DNA from: Bilabrum cf. latius
Lineage: Eukaryota
Assembly (NCBI GenBank): GCA_965178125.1
Contig: OZ237757.1
Location: 310,001 to 374,000, forward strand
DNA: 64,000 bases
Direction: 5' to 3'
Shown: positions 53,356-64,000 of the stretch, one piece after another
Layout: each line of letters opens with the position of its first letter
How positions within the stretch are numbered: position 1 is the stretch's first letter
Position numbers and translations under genes: made by a program
Notes under the pieces: model-generated
What the model was told of the DNA's origin: nothing
Database searches by the model: none
What the model saw: the letters and a program-made list of their open reading frames with translations, nothing else

Positions 53356-54711
53356 TCACGAGCCACCCGCACCGCCGCTCGCTACCGAGGCACCCTTAGG
53401 TGCAGCGTCCGCGTCCTGGTCCGCGCCGCTGTCGGGTTCCTTCCAGCTGCCATCCTCGGTGGCTCTCGCCTCGAACCAGGCCAAATCCTGCGGCCACGGT
53501 GGCACGCCTCCCGGCCTCGTCCTCTTCTTCGACTTCCAAGCGGATCCTTTCACGAACGGTGAACCGTGAAGCGGCATTGCAGCCCTGTACAGGCCCCGTG
53601 TGAAGAACTAGTGCCCTCCCCACACAGGGTGTCGCCCGTCCAGCAGGCTGAGTTTAGGCCTTTCGCCATCGCTATCCTTCCCGATACCGCCGCCGCCAGG
53701 CATGCTCTCCTCTGCAACGTCTGCCGATTCGCCGCGTGCCCCTGCCGCGCTGCCCCCATCACCTGCCGCTGGCTCTACCGCATCCTCCCCTCCAACTCTC
53801 ACGGGCTCTTTGCCCCCGAACGGCACGATCCACCTCAGGCTGAAAGGGTCTTCGAACCCCTTCCTCGCGATCAGGCACACGGCGCCCACCTCGAACGCAC
53901 CCTCGAACGCGGCCGGGACGTATCCTTCCTCACCCGGCTGCAACCCACGGCGCGGTTCCGGTTTTGCGGCGGCGCCAGGTGCTACTCCCGAACTCGCCTC
54001 GACGGGAGCCCCGGCCGAAGCACCACCTGCCAGCGGCCCGTGGGGGTGCCCGGAGGTATGCCCGCCTGTGGCGGCTTCGGCAGTAGCCGAAGCTCCTGCT
54101 CGTCTGCCTTTGGGGCGCCGTGGAGGCTCTGTCCCGGTTTGCAGTCGATGAGCAGCGGCTGCGGCCATTTTCCCCGAGGGGAGTTGCCCCACGGATGCGT
54201 GCGGAGCATACCTGCCACCGCCCCTCTCGCGAAGGTGGTCGCACTAGGGAAACGCCTCCAACAAGAATCCATACAAACGCTGCCACGGATCATCGAATTT
54301 ATGGTCGCTTGACTCCTTTGATGATTCAAGGGACGGATCCTTAGCGTCAGCTGCGGCTTCATCGACTGGATCGACCGGAGTTGGAGAGAGCCATAGCGTA
54401 GCAGAGCTGCCATGGTCGAACTTATCGAATCGATCTAAACCGATCTCAAACGGTTTCATAGCAATAAGTGCTTTCGATGCCTACGATGCAGCCGCCTCAA
54501 ATTCACTCTCTGGTAAGAACGGGTACATTACGTTCACGTGCGGAGGCCATCTGGTGTGCGCCCTATCAAACTCATACCGAAGGAGCTACAATCTAGCCCA
54601 GCATCGCAGTGGTGGAATAACACACAGCGCAGTCTTAACTACTGGTTCAATCGACCCGGACACCTTTGACATGCTGCTCGGAATGCGTTCTTGCTCCGTT
54701 GCCACCGGCAT
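53356..54711 (-). CDS. 2H phosphoesterase / 2'-5' RNA ligase-family protein (LENG9-like; about 451 aa)
   Basis: TALCVIPP...(TAG)LLRYEFDRAHTRWPPHVNVMYPF, KPFEIGLDRFDKFDHG, YAPHASVGQ, FEVGAVCLIARKGFEDPF. Four TAGs join the track ORFs; ends TGA 53356-53358. Confidence 0.8.
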
Positions 54712-54777
54712 GCTATTTTTGCAAACCGGAACCACACGCTTTCGCGATCGCCACCGCCGGAACATAGCGTAGAAGCC

Positions 54778-56157
54778 ATGGAAAACGTGCTGGAGTAGGT
54801 GAAGCAAAACTTCAACGAAGTTATTGACGGATACAGCACGTGGGTCTTGGTCCTGGCCGGGGTTTCTTTGATCGTGTCAGTGCTGTCGGTGTTTGCTCTG
54901 GTTGTTGCCTGCGCTCGAACTCGCTTCAGGGTAGGCCCTTCCATCATTGAATGGACAAAATTGATGCAATATGGCTGGGATACTATTGGCGTGCCCCTGT
55001 CGATCTGCCTGAGGCAATACCCCGTCGTCGGTGAGCTCGATGCCTTGCATGCGGAGTATTGTGTTCGTTGACTCTTCTCCAATTCGATCTGCTGGTTGCC
55101 ATCGTATATCGTGCTCGCAGCCTCCTGTCAGATTCCGTTCTTTCACAACCTCCGCGACGTGTACTCGTTCGTATTCGGCTGGAAGCGCGACGGAGTGTTC
55201 GTCGAGATCGGCGCCTTTGATGGCGAGACGATTTCCAACACGTGCTGCCTCGCCGACATCGGGTGGGAGGGCCACTACATCGAACCGGTCCCGCAGTACG
55301 CCGCGCAATGCAAAGCGCGTCACGCCCGCAACCCGAAAGTCAGCGTGCACCAGTACGCTGTGGGCAAGACGGCAGACGAGGGCAAGACCATCGAGCTGCA
55401 GGTTGCAGGGCCTTTCAGCAGCGGTGACGACGAAGAGATCGCCGCGATGAACAAAATGGGGCCGCTACTGCAGTTCCTGGCATTCTTCGGCTGGACCGCC
55501 AGCGGAGAGACAGCCAAGGCGACCATCAAGCCCCTCAATGCCGTGCTGGAGGAGGACGCAGGCATGGCGGCTGTGGACGGAAGCGACGGGGAGGACGAGG
55601 GCAAGAAGGGCAAGAAGGGTAAGAAGAGCAGCAAGGGAGGCCCCAGGAAGCGCCGCGGATCGAGGTCTAACGGGGAGCTGGCAGACAGCGCTACCAACGC
55701 CGCTGCCTCCGCCTCAAAGGCGGACCAGAAAGGCGACTCCAAGATCACGACTGCCACCATGCAGCTGGCCACCGCCGATGACGAGGAGGAAGAGAAGGAT
55801 GATTCCGAGTTCGTGAAGCGCGCTCTCAGGAGCGCCGGGTTTGCGACCGGCGAGGACGGCAATGACGCAGAGGAAGATTCGTCGACGGTTCGCTTTGCCA
55901 TGGACGTGATGGTGCTGGACGTGGAAGGCATGGAATGGCAGGTGCTCAAGGACTTTGACCTGCCCAAGCACAGGCCCCGGCTTGCCATCGTGGAGATTTA
56001 GGAGAAGCTCACCCGCATGCAGGGTGACAGGAGGCAGCTGCGCGACGCTGCTCGCATCGAGGAGTATTTCTACAACCACGGGTACTCGATCCTGTACCGT
56101 GATGTGATTAACACCGTGTTTATCCACAGGGCGGTGCGGTGCCACGGAGAGAACTGA
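54778..56157 (+). CDS. FkbM (Methyltransf_21) family SAM methyltransferase with N-terminal membrane anchor; intron 55031-55120 (about 429 aa)
   Basis: TM segment WVLVLAGVSLIVSVLSVFALVVAC. Motifs FVEIGAFDGETISNT, GWEGHYIEP, DVMVLDVEGMEWQVL, PRLAIVEI(TAG), GYSILYRDVINTVF. The intron GTGAGC...CGCAG removes an in-frame TGA. Ends TGA 56155-56157. Confidence 0.85.
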
Positions 56158-56679
56158 ACTGAAAGACGCATTGCGCCGATTGCTACTGCAGCATGCGGTT
56201 GGGCTAGTAGAACATTCCAAGAAGAATGATCGGCTGGGCGGCTCATTGCACTGGTCACTTTGATCAAGGGGGTATGTTGGAGGGAGTCGGGGGAGGGGGG
56301 ATATATTGATGTGAGCAGTTGCATGGGCAGTGGAAGCTCTGGAACTGATGCGGCGAGACTGTGTGCTCCTATCTCCAGGAGGCTTCCAGCGTCGCATGTA
56401 TGCGACGCTGGTGCTTCCTGAATCGGAGTCCAGCTTGCTTGTTGGTTCAATTGCACCGTAGAAATTTCATTTTCGCAACGACCACTGGTCGGCGACCATG
56501 TCTGGCTTCAATTTTGGTTTTGCGACCAATCCAACCCGGAACCAGTTGCAACCGCACCCACGAACTTTTCCGTTCGCGACGCAGGACCGCCACGACCAAA
56601 AATCCAACGGATTCGACGTTTGTGAATACACTTACACGCAAAGTTGTGTCATTACATACTTTCTGTTTGAGTTTTTGGA

Positions 56680-59600
56680 ATGAGAGGGGCGTAGCGGGCC
56701 CCCACGGCCCCCTCAGGCGGCCTTGCTTCGACGATCGGTCGAACAGAGGGGATCTACGCCACTGGGCCGCGATAGTTTAAGAGCTCGAGCCACTCAAGGG
56801 TGGGTACACGCACTCGAACGGCTGGTGCTGCCAGTCATAGGCATCGTGGCAAGTAGGGCACGGCTGGAGGAAGCTAGCGTGCCGCGGGCAGGGGAGGACT
56901 AGACATGGATTTGCTCCAAAGGGCGCAACGGGTTGTAGTAGACGGAGAAAACGTGCAAGATGTGGTGTCACAGCATGCAGCTGGAAGCTTGCGATTGTCG
57001 CCTCTCACGGAATCGAAACAGCCAGAGCGGGAAGCGCCGGTCGCCCCGGTCGACGGCACGTCCCAAATGTTGCCGCAGGCGGCCGCAAGCACATCTGGCG
57101 CTCGGCGCAGTCGGCGATAGCCGCAACCTCACGTGCGCACGGATTTGCAGCCGTACAGCGATCCCCTGCCCGGTTCCACGAAAGGGGCAAATGCCCGTGC
57201 GAGCACAGCCGGCCGTGCTCGCACGCCTTCCGAGGGTGACGACGCGGTGTCGTACCTTGACGACTAGGGCGACAACGGCAGCAAATCATCGAAAGAGATC
57301 GATCCGGACGACGGCGTGAACTGGAGGGAAGAGGCCCACAGGTGGCGACAGGCACATGACGAGCTCCGGCACAGAGCCGACGAGGCCAGCCTGGCTGCGC
57401 GGCGCCGCCAGGCTGCGGAACACGCAGAGACCCGGAGGCAGCTGCTGGAGCTGCAGGCAAGGTAGGCAAAAGCCGAGGCCGAGGCGGCGCAGCTGCGGCA
57501 GCGGATGCGGCGCGCCGGGCTGGCCTCGCGGGACGGTGGTCCCGCGGCGACTCCTGCATTCCGGCCCGGCAGGGGCGGAACCGGCGTGCCTGGGGGTGGT
57601 CAGGGCGGCGACGAGTAGCAGCAACAAAAGGAGGGCCACGACGAAGAGGCAGACGCGGCCGCAGACGAAGAGGCGCTGGGCAAGGCCGTAGAAGCTGCCA
57701 GACAGGCAGCAGCGGCAGAGTGGGAGGGCAAGGTGAAGGACATGGAGGCGGAGCGTGCCAGGGAACTGGCGGTAATCAGGCAGCAGCAGGACGCGGAGCG
57801 GAAGCGACTCGCGGAGCAGCGGGACACGGCGGAGCAGGCATTGAGGTCGGGGATGCGACGGGAGGCGGACGTGTCCAAGGAACTAGTGGTCCTCCGGACC
57901 AGGTCGCACCGTCTCAAGTCCAAGCTTGCAGAGGCGCAGGAGGAGGCCAAGAAACTGGCGGAGCAGCGGGACGCCGCGGTCCGCAGCGGCCGATCGTCAT
58001 CCAAGCCGGCCTCGACGGCCAACGGCAGCTCTGCAGAGACGAGCGCGGCTTCAGCCCGACGAGCCGCCCGAGAAGCCGTCGACGAAGCGCACGCCGACGC
58101 AGCCGATGCAAGCAGCGCGTCGCGCGACGCCAGCGCCCCTGGGATGGCAGAGGCCCAGGCGGCTCTCCGTGAAAGGGAGCAGCGCGTGCTGGAACTGGAG
58201 GCGAACCGCTGGAAGGCAAAGGCCAAGAGGGAGGCGGCGTCCAGGGAACAACTGGAGAGGGAGGTCCTCGCTGAGAGGAAGCGCAGGCACGCCGCAGAGG
58301 AGAGGGCAAAGCTGGAGGCAGACAGGAGGCGTGATGCAGAGTCCCATGCAGTGGCAAGCGCCAGCGTGGGTGCAGGTGGCAGCCAGAGCCACGGCGGCAT
58401 AGGCCCCCGGCCATCCATGACCTCTCTGGGGTCCCACGCGGGTGCCGATGCGTCGACCGCGGGCCAGCTGGAGGAGCTGCACAGCGCGCTGAGGCAGGCG
58501 CAGGAAGAGGCGGCCGAGGCCCGGGCCGCGGAGCGCCGAGCCACGGCGGATGCGCACCTGTGGAAAGTCCGCTGGGAGCAGCAAGACGCGCGCATCAGCG
58601 CCGCGCAGCAGAGGGCGCTGGACAGACGCAGGAGACAGAGAGAGGCTGCAGCGAGGCAGGCGGGGACGGGCGCCGATAGCGGGAGAATGAGTGAAACTGA
58701 CGGCGACGCGATGACTGCCCGAAGCGGTGCTGACGATGGCACCACTGCGCTCGAAGACGCGATGGCGGACGGGCTGCTGCTTGGCTCGTTGGCCAGCGGA
58801 TCACAGCGGGACGTGCTGCTGCTCGGTGCACCGACACCCACCCTAAACAAGCCAGGCATATCGGTGCCCGACCGGTCGAAGTCGCCTTCCGGCATCGCGG
58901 GTGGTGCTAATGACGGTGATGGCAGCGAGGAGGCGCATTTGGATGGCCCCGCCAGGCAGGGGGCAGCAGTTCGCACACCCAGGAGCAGGCAGTCGCGCCG
59001 CAGCGACAGGCTCGACGATGAGTAGGGTGCCGGGCAGCAGTTGGGGGCCTCTTTCCCCTCCCGAGAAAGGGACGGGGGGGTCAATCGTGCTACTTCAGCC
59101 CCTCCCACTCGGGGCGGAAGCAGGCGGCGCGGGGCCGGTTCGCCCGTGTAGCAGCAGGCTGGCGATGCCGGGGACGACCCGGCCCATCCAAGCAATGCCG
59201 GGAAGCCCCCTCGCACCCCGTCGGGTTTGCCGAACAGGACCGTGACGAGTGCCGATAGGGTCGGGAGGGGTGCTGGTGCAGGCACGCCGCCTGTCGTGCA
59301 CACCACAGATCTCGAGACGGCACTGCGGGACCTCACAACGCCCAGCGTGGGCTCACTGCCTGACGGTAGCAGGGCCAGAACGGCACCGTCGGGCAGTCGC
59401 AGGGGCGGGCGCGGCGCCGGTTTGACCACCCCATTGGGCAGCCCCGTGATGCTGCACGAGACCGGCGGTCTGTTTGGCACATCTCCCGGCAAGCAGGGTG
59501 GTCAAGCCGCGGGGTAGGAAGGTTTCCGCATCCCGCCGATGACCGCCGGTGTGGGTCTCGGCGGAAGGGGGCGTCCCGGCTCTGCCCATGATGACGGTCC

Positions 59601-62580
59601 GTTGGACGAGGCCGGAAGCAGCAGGCTGGCCGAGCTGGCTGGGGAGGTGCAGAGGCTGCGCCTGCGGAGCGAGAGAGCGGAGCGGGAGGCGAGGACGTGG
59701 AGGGACGAGGCCAGACAGGCCAAAGCATCGAGGGACAAGGCCGCGGCAAGGCATGCAGAGGCGCTGGCCGCGGCTCGGGTGGCTGTGCAGGAGGCAGAAC
59801 GAAGGACCGATGCAGAGCTGGCTCGGCTGCACGAAGAAAATCGCACGCTTGTCAACCAGCTCGTGTCTTCGCAGGCAGGGATTGACCAGGCCCAGGCACG
59901 GGCAGAGGAGTTGCGCGGGGCAGCGGCGGCTTGGAGAGACAAGGCAGCGAAACAGGAAACTCGCGCGCAGGAAGCCGAGGCGCACGCCCATGCGGAAGCA
60001 CAAGAACTGAATCGGCAGCAGCAGATGCTCCGGGAGGAGCAGCAGAGATAGGGGCATGGCGCAAGCAAGCCGTCCGGTGTAGCCTCTGCACACCACGGTG
60101 GGGAACGTCTACCGCACGCGGACGCGTCAGCCTCGGCCTCGGCCGCTGCCAGCAAAGCTGCCAGGCTGCTGATGGCCCTACGCGCCCCCTTGTTTCGGCG
60201 AAGGAACGAATCGTTCCACCACTGGGCCCATGCGACCGGCGCGGGGATCTACGGCTGGGCCGATCATGATGATGCAGACGCACGGCTGGCCGTGCCAAGC
60301 GGCGGCTCGCAGGGCAGCCAGCGGAGCATCTCTCGCACCGTGCACTCGTCGCCCACGTCTGAAGCCGCCGTGGCGCTCGCCAGCGCGGGAGGCCTCGCTG
60401 CTCGTCTCTCCAAGGAAGCCGATGACATGGAAAGGGACCGCTCCCAGAGAGGAGTGCTGCAGACGGAGCAGTCAAGAGCAAAGACGATGGCGGCACGCAG
60501 CGTTGCCATGGAAACTGCAGCAAGGGACGCGGGCGAGGCCGCCAAGCGCGCCCTCAGAGACGCCTCGGAGGCCAAGGCATAGCTGGGCAAGGAGCGCATG
60601 AAGCTCAACCAGGAAAGGGAGAAGGTGTTCAGGCTCAGCGTGGCGGCAGAAAAGGCCGCGAGAGCGTACCGCGCCAGCAACCTCCGGCACATGGCCTCGC
60701 TCTGTTCTTACGTGGCTGCGCATCGCCGCTCCCTCCGAAAGTGGGCTGCCATGTGGGTGGAAGGGAGGGAGAAGATCGAGGCAGGCGCGGCCAAGCTGCG
60801 GGCCCAGCTGCTGCAGCGCGTCGAGCATGCCCTGCGACAGGCCGGCGGGCTCAAGGAGGCGCTTGCCTCCCTGCCGCACGTGATGGCGTCTGCACCCGAC
60901 GGCGCGCTGCTGCAGCAGGGCAGGGAGGAGCAGGCCAGGCTCTCTACCATGCTGGCGGAGGCAAAGCAGCACAGGGACGAGACGCTCAAGCAGCTCATGG
61001 AGTCGAAGAAGCAGGAAGGAATGAGGCTTGGACAGGCCAGGGCATACGAGCACAAACTGCGGGAAGCTCTGTCTCTGTCTAGCCTGGACGGCAAGCAGAC
61101 GTAGAGCCAGGCGTATTCGTCCGCGGCGGCTGCGTCCACCTCTTCACGAATGGGCATGTCGTCTGGAAGCGTCCGAGGGGGCGGCAGCACCAGCAGCTCG
61201 GCAGCATTGGAGCTGCAGACGGTCGCCATGCAGGCCTCCCAGAGGCACGCTGCCAGGCTGCAGGCTGACTGCGAGGTGGCCGCTGAGAAGGTGGAGCAGG
61301 CCACTCGAGCCGCACGAAAGGCGCAGGAGAAGGCAAACGAGGCCGCGCGCGCCGAATGGGAGGCCATACGAACGGCCATGGCCAGCCGAGACGACTTGCT
61401 GGGTCGTGTGGTGGAGCAGTGGGCCGAGGCACACGGCAGCGTGGTGGATGCAGCCACGGAGGGGGCACGCGTGGACGTGCCCGACGCCAATTAGGCGGCC
61501 AAGGAAGCGAGAGAGTTGCTCGCCAGAGCAGAGGAGGCGCATCGAAGGGCGCAGGAAGCCGGGACCGAGGAGGCCGAGGAGAACGAGGAGGATCTCCGCG
61601 CGAGGCTAGAGGCAGAGGCAAAGGAAACGGTGAGACGGGCGCTGAGGCTCGACTACCTGCAGGCAGAAGCAAGGGACTACGCGGTACGAGAGGCCGTGGG
61701 CGAGCTGGAGGAGATGGGCTCCATCGAGGGGGTCCACAACACTCGTCACACCGGTAGTTTGTAGGGCAGGCGCGGCTCTAACGCCTCTGCGGCGGCGCGG
61801 GGCCCAGCAGAGGGGGGGAGGCGGGGGCGACGCGCCTCGCAGCAAGAAATGGCGCTGATGGCACCGCCAGTTGCCGTGCCGCCGCTGGGGAACAGGCAGG
61901 GCAGCGCGCTGACTCACGCTGCTCAGCTGCAGCTGCAGGCTAGGGCAAGGCAGCAGGCGCGGGCGCAGCAGCCCACCATCACGGGTGCGCTTTGGACGAG
62001 ACGGCCGCTGATCCGAGCCGGAGAAGAGGACCGCATGGCAATGAGTCACGGTGCGCTGCCGCCAGTCAGCACCGGTGGTCGCCAGGGAACAAGAGGAGTA
62101 GGTGGCGGGCGGTCACCGGCCCAGGCGTGGGGCACACCGGGCGGCATGCGTCCGGCCACGCCTATGGATGCACTGGCCGCGTCCAGGGGCCACACACCCG
62201 GGTCTCGAGGGCGGAGCAGGGGTGGTGGTCAATCCAGGGGAGGACTGGGATCCACCGGTGGGTTCAGCGGCGGCCAAGACGGCGGGTTCGGGGCCGGGGT
62301 TGTGGAGGACGACGGGGACGCCAACGTGAGCTCGCTGGAGCTGTCCCTGGCCCGGGCACAGGTGAGGGAGAGGGACGAGGCTGCGAGGCAGAACCACTGG
62401 GGGGCTACCTCCTGGAGGCCTTGGGAGTCGGGTGCGTACCAGGGCATGGAGGACAGGAGGAGGGCGAGGTCGAGGCAGGGCGGGGAGCGCGCGGGGCCAG
62501 GTGCTGGTCGAGGTCAGGGGAGGGGGCGGGGCAGGAGAGCCGGCAGTCGGGGGCGGAGCAGGAAAGGTCGAAAGGGGTGA
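56680..62580 (+). CDS. Large coiled-coil protein with RG-rich C-terminus, unknown function (about 1966 aa)
   Basis: One frame from ATG 56680 to TGA 62578-62580, interrupted only by TAGs. All track ORFs from 56905 to 61849 share this frame. Confidence 0.7.
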
Positions 62581-62699
62581 ATCTTTCACAGACAAGGCCA
62601 GTACAAAGTGGTCGAGAGCCAAGGACGCTGTAGCGTTGCGTTTTAGCAATAAAATATGATATTTGCTTGCAGATCCCAATCTGGGACATTCCGCCCAAC

Positions 62700-64000
62700 A
62701 TGCGAGCAATCCTGGCATCATTGGCGGTTAGCGGCGCGATATGTGCTGCGCAGCTGGTATAGCATCGGTATCCGCTCCAGACTGTATGGCCGATGCCTAA
62801 AGAAATGAAGGTGGATGCGTCGGCAGGCCCGGTATACATTTCCAGCGATTTCAAGGTGGTTTGCCAGGGCCTGTGCGCCGACCCCATCGCTGATGCTCTA
62901 CATCGTTTTGAATAGAACATTTTCATTAATGGCACGCCGTCAGCCGTTCCTAGCCCGGCGCTCAACACCTGCACAATGCAAGTCGAGAAGGATGCTCCCC
63001 TTGCGCTTGGAGCCGACGAGTCGTACACGCTCTCCATCTCATCGAGTGGATGCAAAATAACGGCACCGAATCAGTGGGGTGCACTGTACTCGCTTGAGGT
63101 CCTGTCCTAGCTGATCTTCTGGACGCCCGAGGAGAATACCTACAGCGTCCGCAATGGATCCGTCACGATCAACGATGAGCCGCGGTTCCCCTGGCGCGGG
63201 CTGATGATCGACACGGCTCGGCATTACCTCACCCCGGATTCAATCCGTCAAACCATCATGGCAATGGCGGCGAACCGCATGAACACGCTGCACGTGCACG
63301 TCGTCGAGTGAGTCCTAGGCGCGCGACTTGCAGCCTAGACTTGGCCATTCAGCTCCACGCTATTCTCTTCATGAATTCAATGTTGTATCGCAGCGACCAG
63401 TCGTGGCCTTTGGAGAGCATCAAGTACCCGGATTTCGCCGCGAAAGGCAAGTACTGCCCCCGCTGCGTGTTTACCCCAGAGGTCATGAAGGGCATCGTCC
63501 AGTACGGCGCCAGCTTCGGCATCCGCGTGATGCTTGAATTCGACATGCCCGCCCACAGCAGCATCTGGGCCAACGGGTACCCCGACCTGGTCATCACGTG
63601 CGACGAGCCGGACGCCCAGCCCCTGCTGGACCCCACAGGCCCAGTCTACGAGGTGCTGGACAACCTGCTCACCGAGTTCGCGGGAGTGCAAGACGCGGGT
63701 TACGTGCACCTCGGGGGAGACGAGGTCCACAGCTACGCGTGCTGGAACAGCAGCGCCAAGGTGCAGGCCTACATGAAGCAGCAAGGCATCCCGGCAGGCA
63801 ACATGACCGCGCTCAGGGAGCACTTCCAGTACCAGGTGCAGCTCGTGGTGCAGAAGCACGGGCTGAACTCTGTATTCTGGCAGGAGGTGTTCGAGGTGGG
63901 CACCAAACTGCTGAACACGACCGTCATCAACTCGTGGTCGTCGGCCCAGTCGGTGCTTGACGTGGCGCGGGCGGGACAGCCGGTGATCCAGTCGGACGGT
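62700..64000 (+). CDS. GH20 beta-N-acetylhexosaminidase (3' truncated by the window edge); intron 63308-63393
   Basis: Signal peptide MRAILASLAVSGAICAA. Motifs VWPMP, DESYTL, GALYSLEVLS(TAG)L, DEPRFPWRGLMIDTARHY, NTLHVHVVD|DQSWP, IRVMLEFDMPAH and catalytic HLGGDEV. Absent from the ORF track because of TAGs at 62760, 62913, 63108, the intron and the truncation. Confidence 0.93.

Noticed and set aside
57600-59492. 630-aa minus-strand ORF (also 48720-49955 and 63377-63859)
   Set aside because: Antisense shadows of the coiled-coil and hexosaminidase genes.
1-64000. Genes as pseudogenes, or TAGs as sequencing errors or C-to-T hypermutation
   Set aside because: Decay or deamination would also create TAA and TGA stops and frameshifts. 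Only TAG occurs, in every gene, with catalytic motifs intact.
1-64000. Prokaryotic or phage origin (code-15 phage) or pyrrolysine usage
   Set aside because: GT-AG introns, CFAP70, full-length ABCA, fibrocystin-like and CLU genes are eukaryotic. TAG aligns to Gln, and no pyl genes are present.
1-64000. Ciliate-type table 6 (TAA and TAG both Gln) or an all-stops-reassigned code
   Set aside because: No exonic in-frame TAA or TGA was found. TAA ends at least four genes at plausible C-termini.

Overview
A compact, GC-rich eukaryotic (protist-like) nuclear region with about 15 protein-coding genes, a few short GT-AG introns (about 65-125 nt) and short intergenic spacers. The main observation is a non-standard genetic code. 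TAG occurs in frame in every gene (roughly 100 cases by hand count), including at positions where Gln is conserved in GH3 and GH20 enzymes and inside CAG/CAA runs, while every gene end I traced is TAA or TGA. This indicates UAG=Gln with UAA still acting as stop. Read this way, the fragmented ORF track resolves into intact genes: a fibrocystin-L-like G8 membrane protein, a ricin-lectin + GH3 beta-xylosidase, a SERHL-like alpha/beta hydrolase, a full ABCA transporter, a CLU-domain/TPR protein, a bacterial-type SH3 protein, CFAP70, an unknown protein, a GBP/atlastin-type GTPase with a PBCV-type basic adaptor tail, a degenerate UvrD + Fe-S PD-(D/E)XK (AddB/AdnA-like) nuclease, two giant coiled-coil proteins, a 2H phosphoesterase, an FkbM methyltransferase and a GH20 hexosaminidase. 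Domain calls come from motifs recognised by eye, not from database searches. I found no rRNA, tRNA, CRISPR array or transposon.
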